Of a DNA stretch of 124,000 nt, positions 15,201-28,761 are shown piece by piece (position 1 is the first letter of the stretch; each line of letters opens with the position of its first letter). Where the stretch lies: assembly GCA_951406725.2 (NCBI GenBank), contig OX597817.1, positions 87,812,001 to 87,936,000 of the forward strand, given 5' to 3'. Origin of the DNA: Octopus vulgaris. Lineage: Eukaryota. The position numbers and the translations under genes were made by a program. Below the pieces are notes generated by a model, which was not told the DNA's origin, ran no database searches, and saw only the letters and a list, made by a program, of their open reading frames with translations.

Positions 15201-16090
15201 TGATACTTGACATTTTGATATCTCTCTCTCTTTCTCTCTCTCCACTGACATTCTCTCTCTCTCTCACACACACACTCACACACACGCACATATACATATA
15301 TATTATTCACAGCTCTTATTCTTTCCCTCCCCTACTAACCATACAGTTCTTCTACAAGAGCCTGCTTTGCCCTTCCCCCATCACCACCACTCCTCCTTTA
15401 CTCATTCCCTAACATTATGCCAACTCTCCACTTCCTTCAGAGTTTGTGGTCTTGCAAGTCACATGGCAACATCAGTAGTGCTGGTGGCACTAAAATGGCA
15501 CCCGGTTCACACTGTAAAGCGATTGGTATTAGGAAAGGCATCCAACCATCGAAACCAAGCCAAAGCAGACACTGGAGCATGATGCTATCCTTAGACTCAT
15601 CAGATGCTATCAAACTGTCCAACCCATGGCAGCATGGAACATGGATATTAAATTATATATACTGTTTATGTTAGTCGGACTGGTGTCCCCATTTTGATTG
15701 TTGCTTTCACTACATTCTGGTTGTTGTATGCTTCAGCCTCCTTCAAGTGTCTTCTATTAAACTCAGTTGTTTTACTGGAATTTCAAACCTAACCTTTTAT
15801 TTGTTCTACAGAGGTACATTGTTCTCATACTATACTCTGTGTTTTGTAACTTCTTTTTTTGTTGCTTCAGTTGATTTTTTTTGTGAATTACCTTAGTGGG
15901 ATTGAACTCAGAATCCCTAAGTGACTGCAACGTTTTTATCTACTATGCTATAGCCATTCTGAGTTCAGTCCCAGTCAAGGCACTGAGGTAATTCACAAAA
16001 AAATCAACTGAAGTAAACAAAAAAAAAAAGAAATTGCAGGAGACGCAGAGAGCAGAATGACATCATTGTATCCTTGTGAATCAAATACAG

Positions 16091-16390
16091 CAGTGATTCT
16101 CAACCAGGGTCCAAATGTCCCCTGAGGGTCCATATAAGATAGGGGGAGGTGAGGGTCTATGCAACAAAATAGTAAATTGGGGATCCACAATAGCATTTCA
16201 AGGTTCCCTGAAAAGATTTTGCTTTCTTTAACATTTGACATAGTTCAACCTACGCAAGTTAATGTGTGGAAAACGATATAGGAATTTTGAAAGAAGTTTC
16301 TATAAGACTGTATTGAGTGGCTATGGAGATCCACCTGAATGAAATAGTAATAAAAGGGTTCCATAGATAAAAAATGGTTGAGAACCTCTG
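16091..16390. mobile_element. hAT-like MITE
   Basis: Terminal inverted repeats CAGTGATTCTCAACC / GGTTGAGAACCTCTG; no ORF. Confidence 0.6.
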
Positions 16391-16694
16391 AAACAGAGGG
16401 TTAGGTTCGAAATTCCAATACAACTGAGTTCAACACAAGACACCTGAAGAAGGGTGGAGCATTCAATGGCTGAAACATAGTGAAAGCAACAATCAAGATG
16501 AGGACACCAGCCTCACTAATACAAGCAGTATATACATATAAATAAATTCCTCATCTCAGAAATATAGAATTATATTATGGACATTAAATGATGATCATCA
16601 TCATTATGATCATTCAACTCACTTGAACATTAATACTCTGTCAGACTTGTTCATTCATATACCCTCTTGCAGGAAAATTAGTGCTTTATTTGCT

Positions 16695-17090
16695 ACTAAC
16701 AGTATCGCCCAGCATTGCTCGGGTTTGTTTCGACCCTTTAGAATTGGAATTTTTGAAAAGTAAAAATTTTGCATTATGTAGCTTGTTATTCTCTTTAATT
16801 GAACATTTTTCTGGTCGAAATACACCGAAAAATGGCAACATAACTGTCAAAAAATCATAAAAAATGGGGATTTTCATAGACAAAAAAGCACCTTTTTGAT
16901 GTAAATAATTTTGGGTCTTAACATGAACCAATTTGAATTTTATCCTCTATGGAATGAAGAGCAAGCCTTCTTCTATCATACTCTCAATTTTGGTCAACTT
17001 GAGCTGCAGGGTCTCGGAGGAGATAGTGTTAGTTGAAGGCTACCAAACCTGTCACACACACACAGACAATTTCAGCTTTATATATATAGA
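16695..17090 (+). mobile_element. Non-autonomous Helitron-like element
   Basis: Begins actaacagtatcgcccagcattgctcgggttt (resembles ACTAG..CCCGGCGTTGCTCGGG starts of Helitron-like short elements) and ends ...ttatatatataga; family assignment from memory. Confidence 0.45.
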
Positions 17091-17427
17091 TTTAAGTCTT
17101 GAGTGACATAAATTCTACAATATGGTTTGAATAACAACCTCAGGTCTACCAGCTTGGTAAGCTTGAGAAAGAAAGCAATGTGAAATTTCTGAAAATGTGA
17201 AAAGAGTATCACCAATGGGCAAAGAGTTTAACAGTTATCAGTAACGAGTATTTTTCCCTCTGATATTTCGGTATACGTTGTTACTTCATTATCAACAAAA
17301 GAAAGCTGAATGTGTGTCTGTCATTTCAAGTTATATGTTTAGCTTTAGAACATCACATAAATATCTTTATCGTTTAATCAAATTAATTGTTGCCACAGCA
17401 TAAAACTATTTCATGCTTATATTGCAG

Positions 17428-17489
17428 TTTCGTTTAATGCACAAGTTTCAACTGGAGGTTCCAAAATACTGGATGCGATATTCTGAAAA
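17428..17489 (+). CDS. TBC1D32: TBC1D32 exon (FRLMHKFQLEVPKYWMRYSEK), phase 0 to 2
   Basis: attgcag acceptor, gtgagt donor; resembles [21 protein letters not shown]. Confidence 0.92.
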
Positions 17490-17662
17490 GTGAGTATTAA
17501 AATATATATGTTAGTTCAACTATCAAAGGTATACTGTTACAGCTGGTGGATGTAGTGAGCAACTTGTTGCTATAATCAGTGAGGGGTATCAGATTCTCAT
17601 AAATGAAGTGATGCAGGACTAGGTACATGGGGATATACTGTGATACAAAACTATATATATAT

Positions 17663-17723
<61 letters not shown>

Positions 17724-17804
17724 TACATATATACACACACATACATATATATATACACACACACACACATGCACACACACTCATATATATATATATATAT
17801 ATCA

Positions 17805-19830
17805 CCATCATCATCATTTAATGTCCATTTTCCATGCTGGCATGTGTTGGATGATTTGACTGAAAACTGGTAAACTGGGGGAGCTGCACCAGGTTTCAAT
17901 TTGATTTGGCGTGGTTTCTACTGCTGGATACCCTTCCTAATACCAACCACTCCAAGAGTGTAGTAGGTGCTTTTTATGTGTGCCCAGTACATGTGCTAGT
18001 AACAAAAACACCATGACTAGGATCTCACTTGGTTTGACAGGTCTTCCCAAGCATGATGTCTTGCCAAAAGTCTCAGTCACTTGTCACTGCCTCCATGTGG
18101 ACCAAAGTTTGAATGGTGCTTTTTACAGGCCACTGGCTTGGGTGCCAGTTACATAACACTAGCATTGACTATGACTGCAATTCCACTTGGCTTGACAGGT
18201 CTTCTCAAGCACGGCATATCGCCAAAGGTTTTGATCACTTGTCATTGTCTCCATGAGGCCCAACATTCGAAGATCATGCTTCATCACCTTGTTATATGCC
18301 TTCCTGGGTCTACCTCTTCCACAGGTTCCCTCCACAGTTAGAGATCAGATTTCTTTACACGGTTGTCCTCATCTATACACATTACATTACTGTACCAGTG
18401 TAGTTGCCTCTTATGCCCAACTTTTCTCTCAAGATGCTTATACTCTGTTGTACATGCACACTGACAATGTACATCCAGCAAAGCATACTAGTTTCACTTC
18501 TTTCATGCCTTCACATTTCCTCGGTGATCACTGCCTTTGTAGCATGTCTCTTTGGACACAGACATTGTACAATCTGCCTTTCACTCTGAGGGAGATGCTC
18601 TTTGTTACCAACAGAGGTAGGAGCATTCTGAACTATGCCCAGCCTATCCTTATTCTTGCAGCTATGCTCTTGGAGCATCCACCTCTGCAACTAACTTGGT
18701 CACCTAGGTAACAGAAACTATCAACTACTTCTAGTTTTTCCCTTGGCATTTGATGGTGTCATTTTTAGTGTTAATTATATCTGTGCACTTCTTATGTGTT
18801 CATAGCTTACACCAGTTACATATTATGGAGTTACTACCTACACATTTTCTACAGATTGAGCAGAGCCATCTATCTGAAGGGATTTGTGATTTGTCAGCTC
18901 TCTTACTGACTAAGACTTTGGTCTTTGCTAGATTAACTGATTTAGCTAGACCTTGCTTCCACACATGAAATTTCTTCTCTAGTTCTAGTATTGATTCAGC
19001 TATCAAAACAAGGTCATCAACATAGAGGAACTCCCAGGGGCAACCCATCTTAAATTCCTCTCTTATTGCCTGGAGAACTGTGATAAACAAGAGGGGGCTG
19101 AGGATTGATCCTTGGTGAACTCCTACTTGTACCCTGAATTCCTCACAATACTCATTGCTAACCTTCACCTTACAGACAGCATCCTTGTACATGATTTGTA
19201 CAACTCTCACCAACCACTCATTTATTCCTAGCTTCCATATTGACCACCAGATAAGGGATCAGGAGACTCTGTCAAAGGCTTTCTCCATGTCAACATTTGG
19301 TTAAATATTTCTCCTGCAGGAATTTACCACCAGTCATGCTCCTGCCTGGCACAAATCTGAACTGCATTTCATCTACACTAATTCTCTCTCTAATTGAGAT
19401 ATGACCTCTGTATGACTTTCATCACCTGGTATGTCAGTTTGATGCCTCTGTAATTATTCCTATCTAAAGTGTCAGCTTTGCCTTTGTAGCAGTTGATTAT
19501 GATGCTGTTACACTAATCATTGTGTATGACTCACTCATGGACAACCTCATTAACTATACAGGTGACTAAGTTATATCCTACTCCACCAGATATTTTAAGC
19601 ATCTCAGTGGAAATTCCTGATGGGCTAGTGGCTTTCCTTGTCTTTATGTCCTTAATTATTTATCTACTAAGTTACTGTCAATTCAGATAGCTAGTCCTTT
19701 TGTTGGTTCAACAATTAGCAGACTCTCCTTTTTCCATTCATTCTCTATATCTAGCAACCTTTCATAATGGCATTTCCAAGACTCTTTCTTTGCAGAATCA
19801 TTAAATGCAAGTGTACCATCATCCATACAG
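17805..19830 (-). mobile_element. Decayed RTE-clade LINE with RT core
   Basis: ORF 18800-19213 GVHQGSILSPLLFITVL...FLYVDDLVLIAES (RT motifs); 3' tail at 17805. Confidence 0.9.
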
Positions 19831-19863
19831 ACACATTTGTATGTACATATATGCATATGTATG

Positions 19864-19909
<46 letters not shown>

Positions 19910-20002
19910 ACTATAAATAAGGGTGTCTACCTTTGTATGGTATTTTTTCCCATGCTAGCCACTTGATAATATCGATATTCAAACATCGATATTATCCTTA
20001 TT

Positions 20003-20051
<49 letters not shown>

Positions 20052-20299
20052 TTATAGGTATGTATATAAGTTTGTATATATGTATACACACACATGCATG
20101 TGTGCACTCACGCACACACACACTCACGCTCACACACACACACTCACACTCACACACACACACTCACACACAGAAGATGTTGAGCCTCTAAGAGATGATA
20201 GGGTACTGAAATGAGCTATGGTTGACCAACATCCCTGTGCCCACTCTCAAGATGGCTGTACATAAGGAGTTTTGGTATTCTTTCGTTACTCATTCTGAT

Positions 20300-22160
20300 G
20301 ACATGGCCAACACAGTGTAATTGTGATTGCATAAGGAAGCTTTCAATTCCACCAATCTTACACTTGCTAAATGGGTTGACATTAGAAATTTGTCTTTTAA
20401 TAAATAACCTCAGATTCTCCTCGGAGAGCCTTTGTGGAAGATGTCTAGTTGGTTAATGTTTTGTCTATAGAGTATCCACAATTCTGAGCCATACAAGAGA
20501 GTAGTAAGAATGGCTGCTTTATAAACTTTGGTGTCAAGTTTGATGCCCCTTTCATTCCATAGGCAATTACAGAGTTTGCCAAATGCATTGGTTGCCTTTG
20601 CAAGACAGTTGACAATTTCATCATCAAGGGAAGCACTTGAGTTCACTTTACTACCAAGATATGTAAATGACTTTGCATAATGTAGGTTTTATCCCATCAA
20701 CCTGTATAGGAGGGTCAGGAAAATTGTGAATCAGTGGCCTCTGCTTGACATCTCAACTTTGTTTAAAAGTAGGGCAAGTTTGGTGGATTACTTCTGTCTT
20801 CTTTATGCTGATGGTCAAACCAAAGGTTTTATATGCAGCAGAAAACCAGTCCAGAAGTTCCTGAGCTTCTTCTAATGAGGTCACTACTTTCAAAAAGTAG
20901 ATCATGAATAATACTGGTGTGTAGCAGTGTTCTGGTTTTTAAATGCTGATGATTGAATAGTCCACCACTTGTTCAAAACTGGAATTTAACACCACTTTGT
21001 ATGTTGCCAAAAGCATACCTCAGCATCACTGAAAAGAAGAGTGCAAACAAAACAGGAGCCATAACACAGCTTTGCTTTGTGCCATTTGTAATGTTGAAGG
21101 AAGCCAAAGATTCCCCACTGGACACAACAGTAGCCTTCATTCATTCATGAAAGATGATAACATTCAACATCTTGTCAGGTATACCAAGCTTTTTCAGAAC
21201 CTTCCATAGTGCTTGCCAGTTAACAGTGTCAAAAGTATTAGTAAGGTCAATGAATATCATGAGGTTTTCTCCTATACCTTCTCCATGACCTGTTGAAAGG
21301 AAAAGATCATGTTGATAGTACCACAACCAGAGGGAAATCAACACTGTAATTCTAGATAGATATCATTTACAATGTGTTTGATGATCCTGTCAAGAATGAG
21401 TTGAACAAGAATCTTACCAGCAATAGACAGAAACAATATCCCATAATGATTATCATATACATTTCTGTTTCCTTTGTTCTTATAAAGATGTTGAATTGAG
21501 GCATCCTTGAAGTCCTGTGGTACACAGCCTACCATCCAAATATTTATGAAGTGGTCATGCAGTTTCTTAAAAAGCTTCTGTCTATCATGCTTGTAGATTT
21601 CAGGAGGGACAGCATCCCTGCCAGGTGCTTTACCAGAAGAGATCTATTTAATAGAGTTTACCACTTCTAGGAAGGCTGGCTCCAGAGATGGTTCCAGTAT
21701 TTCAGTGTGCTGTGGAATAGACATTATGACATGCCATCATAAAAGGCTTTAGAATCCTTTCTGTCTGCAGCTTCTTTGAGATCGGTAGCCTTAGAAGACC
21801 ACCAAGCCTCCTTCATCTGTCTCAGAGCACATTGGACCTGGCCTCTGCATTTCTTGTAAACATTCTCTTTTCTGGATGAGCTCTTCTCATTTATCCATGT
21901 TTTGTGAGAGTTGTGCATTTTATCTAGCAACTGTTGGAAATCTGTGTTGTTATCGCTGAACCAATCTTGATGTTTACAAACAGGAAATCCAAGAACCTCT
22001 ACAGATGTAGAGTGTGTTGCATCATGCAGAGCCTTCCAAGATGATTCTATGTCATCATTGATATAAACAGTGATGAGTGCAGTGTCCACCTTGATAGAGA
22101 GCTCAGCCTGCTTTTCAAGTTTTAATGCACTTAGGCACTGATGACTTTTGTAGTCCTGCG
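20300..22160 (-). mobile_element. Decayed RTE-1/BovB-like LINE ORF2
   Basis: Fragments LYKNKGNR..DNHYGILFLSIAGKIL, FIDLTNTFDTVN, LDDEIVNCLAKATNAFGKL, LTTLLYGSELW; many stops and frameshifts. Confidence 0.88.
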
Positions 22161-24412
22161 TGTTTCAGATGGAACGTAGCCTTACTATAGACAAGAGAAT
22201 GGTCAGAAAGATAGCAGATGTCATGAAAGGAATGTGTAATGTTAAAGTTCCCAATATCTCATTTCTTAGTGATAACATGGTCTATGAGATGCCAATCCTT
22301 AGATCTAGGATGCACCTAGATCATCTTGTGACAATTTCACTGTTGCAATTTCCCCTTAATATATGAAATTAAATACATCAAATTTAAAATATAAATATAA
22401 ATGTAGATATAAATAAAATAAGATAACAGTATATTACATATATACATTTTGTTGGATGGCTATTGACTACCAATGAGTTCATCCGCAGAGGAACCTATAT
22501 ATATACATCCATAAATATATACATGTGTGTGTGTATGCATACATATACATGTATGTATGTCTTGAAAATCTCTAAGAAAACTGGAAATATGAGTTCAAAA
22601 TAACCAAAATTTGAAATGAGTCTGAATGAAATACTGCATATTTAATTCTTTATTGCCCACAAAGGGCTAAACATAGGGGGGACAAACAAGGACAGACAAA
22701 GGGACTAAGGTGATTACATTGACCCCAGTGCGTAATTGGTACTTATTTAATCGACCTCGAAAGGATGAAAGGCAAAGTCAACCTCAGCAGAATTTGAACT
22801 CAGAACATAGTGGCAGATGAAATGCCACCAAGCATTTCACCCGGCATGCAAATGATTCTGCCAGCTCACCGCCTTCAAATATTGTATACTATGAAATTAA
22901 TATACTGCACAGAAAGTATCTTAAAAAAAATACAAAAATATGAGGTTTAAGTATTACATTTAAAATTTTTGACAATGCCATGTATTTTATGGAAAATTCA
23001 AATAATTTCCCAAACAAATTTTAACTTTCCATTCCATGTGATAACATTACCTTCCTTAGAATAGTAACTGGAACAAATGTGTGTATGCAATTTTTTTTTT
23101 TTTTGTTTAATTCTCAAAAATTCTCACTAGGCAAAATTTTCAGGTGAGTTTTGTTTTTATTCTGTTTACATGTTACAACATTATTGTGTATCAGGTAAAT
23201 ATAACAACTTAATTTGATTTCTTTTGTTGTAAACATATAGGCTACATATTTTTCAGGTGTTTTCAGACAGTACAGTAGTTACATTTTTTTCTCTTTCCAT
23301 CATACTGAAAATATCTATCTTTGTATCTATCTTATATATATAATTTTCAGAAATTCCCTATGATCCCAGTTCGAAGAGATATTTTCTGCCAAAATACTTC
23401 TGTGCAAACATATCAATCAATACATATTTAAAACATTTTTTTTCTTTTCTCCCCATTCTCTCTGTCACCTCTCTCTCTCACTCCAGATATGCATGTGTAC
23501 ATATATGTATTGTGTGTATATAGATATATGTATATATTGTATGCATGTGTAGATATACGGGTGTATACATATATAAGTATACACATATCCTTCCATCTCT
23601 ACTAGGATTGTTTCTGTACATGATGCATCTCTCTCTCTTCACATCTTTCTCAATCTAATGTGTATATAAATATATGTGTATATATGAGGGAAAGGCAAAA
23701 ATTATACACACTCTTGCTTTTTCAATGTATCTACACAAAAGCAGGAGATTAACAAATACAGCATTTTTTCTGTATAGTCTCCTTCTTTTTTGATGCATTT
23801 GATCCAGTGGTCCACAAGCTTGTATATTCTCTCCAAGCAGGTGTAGTGGTCTATATTGCTAAATAGTTGAATGATCTCCCTTGCAAGAAAGATTATAGAG
23901 TAAACTCCCTTTACTAAATTTCTCGAAGCATCTGTGTCATGAGAAGGGATTCTTAATTATTCAAGAAGCTTAGCATTTCTCTTGGAGGTTTCTAGAATGT
24001 CTAGTGTTCCATTAATAAAAACAGCTTGCTAACCCTGCTCTTCGCTTCTTAGTCAATTAGACTTAGTGCCATTCATGTCATTGCTATGTCTGTCTATTTC
24101 TCTATGCCACATGACTGAAAATCACTACTTAGCTGTTATTTCTACATTTTCTGTCTCTGGACTTTCTTGTATAGATTACTTCATTCAACAAGATTCTACA
24201 TTTTGATTATGTATCATCATCGGCCAGTAAATAAAATATATTTTTATGTAGTAAATATATAAGTTCTTGAATTGATCTTTCATCTCTATATGAACTCTTG
24301 TAATAATATACATGCAGCCACATCAACACCTTGTACTGACTATTATATCACTACAAAGGTTTTCAGTTAGTTGTACAACTATTTATGCATTGCTTCTTTC
24401 ACATCTTCATCC

Positions 24413-24415
<3 letters not shown>

Positions 24416-24443
<28 letters not shown>

Positions 24444-25372
24444 ATTTGGCTCAAAAGCAAATAGCAAGGCCATGTAGGGGGACATGGAGTTAAGTACAGG
24501 GTGGTGTTCATGTAAAGAGTTCAGGCCACTTGAGGTCCAGGGAGGCTTTGAACAAAGCGGTCATCGGCATCTTCACCATCTCGTCTGGCAGCTTGTTCCA
24601 CGGATCCGCAACCCGGACGGAGAAAGCTCCTCTCCTTCGATTGAGATGAAATCGTCGCAGGTAGAGCTTTTCGGAATGAGCCCGCAGCCGACGCTCCGGA
24701 GCAGGAGTGAAGAACAGCTCTTTCGAGAGGTTACACTTCCCGCTTATGATGTTGTGGGCGAGAATGAGATCACCACGGCGGCGGCGTTTTTCAAGAGAAC
24801 AAAGGTCGAGCGTCCTCAGCCTTTCTTCGTAGGACAAATTTTTGAGACCATGAACCATGCGGGTAGCCAGCCTCTGGACTCTTTCGAGGTGCTGTATGTC
24901 TTTGAGGAGATAAGGAGAAGAGGCTTGAATCCCATACTCCAATATGGGTCTCACCAGCGTGACATAGAGTGGCAGGAATATGGCTGCTGTGAGCATTCCG
25001 AATGACCGTCGAATCAAAAACAGAATTCCGCGCGCTTTGTTGGCAGCATGGACGCACTGGGCCGAAGGCGAAAAGGAGGAATCCACCAAGATACCCAGGT
25101 CCTTTACCTGATCGGTCCTCTCCAGCAGCAGACGACCCGGCTCGAAATCAAGTTGAGTTGCAGGAGTAGAGCCGACAGGCAGATGACAGCACTTTGACAC
25201 GTTCAGACACAGGTCCCAATCGTTAGACCACTTCCAAATTTGGTGGAGGCATCGACGAAGATCCTCTATACTACCGCGAGGAGCGACCAGTTTGATATCG
25301 TCGGCAAATAGAAGGGTGTGTTGCGTGAGGTCGTCGGGCAAGTCATTTATGAAGACTAAGAACAACAGGAAA
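24416..25372 (-). mobile_element. Young 5'-truncated CR1-type LINE (RT C-terminal half, open frame, (AACT)n 3' tail)
   Basis: LLFLVFINDLP..LLFADDIKL..KDLGILVDSSFS..YVTLVRPILEY..LERVQRLATRMV; GC/CpG-rich against background; (TAGT)n at 24416-24445. Confidence 0.95.
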
Positions 25373-26349
25373 TTGATGACCTCAATAACAATCTTAGAGT
25401 GGTCTAAAGATATGATAGTTGGAAGGAGTGAGATCTGGGCTGTAGACAAGGTGTTCCAGCCCCTCAAAACCCAATTTGTTAATGGTTTCAACAGTCTGGT
25501 TAGCTGTGTGTGGGCGTGCATTGTCATACAACAAAACTTTCTTCAACAATAGCCTTTGAGGTTTGGTGTGAATTGCTTACTTCAGTTTATTGGCCAGCAA
25601 AGCGCTGTATCTTGCATTGTTGATTATACACCTCTTTTCCAGAGAAATCAGATCACTACTCTTTGTTATTCTTTGGTACGCATTGCTAGTGGAGTGGCCA
25701 TACTTATACTATATAGCCAGAAAGAAAAATGATGTGATCAGACTCAAACTTCGACCATGTGACCACATTAGTACCAACTATAAGCACACATGCACAGAAG
25801 GCAGTGTGACAATAGATAAAGATATGTTATGATGAAAGTGCAGATAATGTTTGACTTCCTCTTGTACATATAGACATATATTTATCCTTCCATATATTTA
25901 TCCTTCCAACAGGATTGCTTTGTACTCATTCTTCACTTCTTTCTCTCTCTCCTCTCTCTCAGCCTATTCACCCTAACCCTTCATGCACTCCATTCCTTCC
26001 CCATTTACCTTCCTCTCCCTTCCACCCTCCCCATTCCATTTACTCTTCTCTCTGTCTCAACTTACATTCCTACCTCTCTTTCCCCTCACATATTCATTTG
26101 CTCACCTTTTTCACCCTTCACTTTCACTCCTCCCTCAACCTCCACCGGCTCCCTTCTTTCACCCTCCACTTGCTCCCTTCTCTCTCCCTTCATTTTCTCT
26201 CCTCTTTTGCCCCTGCTCTCCTTTCTGTCTCAACTTACTCTCCCCCTCCCACTCCTAATATTCCCATCATTCTCTCTCTCACTCTCACTTGCTCTCTCAT
26301 TTCACTTTCTGCACCCATAAACAAATCACCCATATATATCCACACATCA

Positions 26350-28360
26350 CAGAGGAGGAGGTAAATAGGGTAGTGACGATGTCAAGAAACTGGAAGACTA
26401 CTGAGATAGAATTGTTTCGCAGAGCTGGGGTGGATTGCCAAATATGATTCACCCAACAACCTTATTGTAGCAGCCCTGAAAAGCAACAGATTTGTCAGCT
26501 CCATGGTGCAAATAGGGCAGAAAAAAAATGAATTTATTTGCTCCTATGCACTCATCAGGGCACAATTGGATTAACTGGATACCATTTTTAAAAATGGTGA
26601 ATCTCCAAGTGAAACACCTGACACAAAGAACATTACCAATGTTGAAACCACATGTGGAAAGCTCAATAACGAAAGTAACAACAAGGCAGCCATTAATGAG
26701 GATATTTATGTTCACAGAGATGAAGAAATTGACAAAAGAAGGAAAATGAGAGCTCTTTAAAAAAGATAGCCCCCAACTCCACCTCTCAAAGTAGCAGAGA
26801 AGGTAAAGGAACCAACCAAAAGCTTAATGGAACAGAGTTCAGAGCCAAAGAAAAACCACAGAAAGAAACAGCAAAAGAAACAAAATGCTACAAGAAGTAC
26901 ATGACATCTGTAAATACCATCTAAAAGTTGTCTGCTGGAATGGAGAGATAGAGATGAAATTCCACTTTGCACATCGAAAGTTCAGACAGAACAGAACCCA
27001 AGGCAAAAAGCACTCTCTCCTTATCCAACAAGATAGGGTAAAACCATGCACAGATGAACTTGTATCCCAATACAGACTTGCAGTGAAGAAACCCACTAAA
27101 AAACTGTATGCAGCTTCAGTGCAAGCTGCAACCATAGAACAGCAGAATTTTTTTTAAGTGTGGCACAAAAGATGGTGCAGCAGCTGGCATGGTTGCAAAC
27201 AAAGCTAAGCTGTGCACACCCAAACACAATACTGCCATAGATAATAAACCTAGGATGTCTACCATTGCTGCAAAGCCAACCATCACACCTATTCTTCTGA
27301 TCAAACAACAAAACAACAGCAAGTGCAAAATTGCATACCTGAGGGATCTTTTTGCATGCAATCAAGATATATGCATTGCACTTAGGGAGATATATCTGTC
27401 TGCAGATATAAATGATGTAGAGATACATGTACCAATGTATGCTGCATTCTGTGCACAGAGAAGAAAATGAAGTCATAGCAGAGTTGCATTGTAAATCCAT
27501 GAAGATGTGATACTACTAACCCTGTTATCACATTCAAATTCAGTCTGTGACACACTCATAGTGCATTCAAAGCAATTTGATATAGTAATATGCACAGTGT
27601 ATCACCCACTCCATGGGTGATACACTGTGCAAATCACAATGGTAAATTTGAGGAGCAAAACACATTCATCTAGCCTTGAGGAACAAAACTAGATGAATGT
27701 GTTAATGTACTTCTGATGGGTGATTGCGACTTCCCCAACATCAGAGGGCCAAAAGGCAACTTAATCTCAGGAATGACACTCAAAGAGCACAATCAAGCAA
27801 TAACTCTACTTGATTCCATGCAATGCTGTTCATAGCACAAACCATACTCTCCCCAACCACAAACAATAAGATATTGGACCTCTACTTCACCAACAATGTA
27901 GAACTTTCCACAATTTGAAGATATCGCCAACAATCTTCTCAGACCAAAACATGATACAACCAACGATGCATGGTCCAGAACTAAATAATGATATATTCCA
28001 CACAGATGCCACCCAACCCCTATCAAATCTGAAGTTTTAGAAGGCTGACCGAGAATCAATTGAAAAATAGATACTTCAGCAAAATTGGCAAAAAAGTCTC
28101 TATGCAAGACATTGATATGAAATTTAAAGAATTCATGTCAATGATGTGAGCCCTATACATTAAATTTGTCACAGGCAAGAGAGCCTACATACAAAAACAT
28201 CATTCCTCAAGACAGAAGAGCTCTTTATGAGCTGAGGAATAAAGATCTCCAATCACTTAAGCAGCTTAATGTCAGTGAGAAATTCCTCCTCAAAGAACAT
28301 TCTTAGAGATCGAAAATAAACTCAGATTCTCTCTTAAAATATGAAAATGAATTTTAAAGC
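26350..28360 (+). mobile_element. Decayed CR1/L2-group LINE 5' part (ORF1 remnant and APE endonuclease)
   Basis: EIYLSADINDVEIHVPMY, VICTVYHP, VLLMGDCDFPNI and NKILDLYFTNN APE motifs; upstream ICKYHLK..C...KFHFAH motif. Confidence 0.8.
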
Positions 28361-28727
28361 CTTCCACAAGTTTGTGTGTGTGCGTGTGTGTGTGTGTGTG
28401 CTTGTGCGTGTGTTTGTTTGTGTGTATGTCAGAGTCAGTGCATGAACTGGGAATCCACAGAAAGGATTATTATTTGTTAGCTAGTTAATCAATTGACTAT
28501 TCACTTGCTTGATTAATTGTTTGATCAATCACTCAACCAACCAATTTCTTAGAGAGCTTTCATCACCATTCACAACTACATCAATTATATGACATAGTAG
28601 TTACTCCAGATCAAATGATCAATCAAGCAATCAAGTAGTTAATTGGTTTACTAGTTGACTAATAATAATTAAAAGAAGAGAGTGTGTACATTTCTTATAG
28701 ACCAAATGACCCTCCCAAGACACAACT

Positions 28728-28761
<34 letters not shown>

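Noticed and set aside
24484-25005. 173-aa + strand ORF
   Set aside because: Antisense shadow of the GC-rich CR1 RT frame.
24416-28360. Single CR1 element inverted by twin priming (RT part on minus strand, ORF1/EN part on plus strand)
   Set aside because: The two parts differ greatly in age (intact versus heavily decayed) and are separated by about 1 kb of unrelated sequence.
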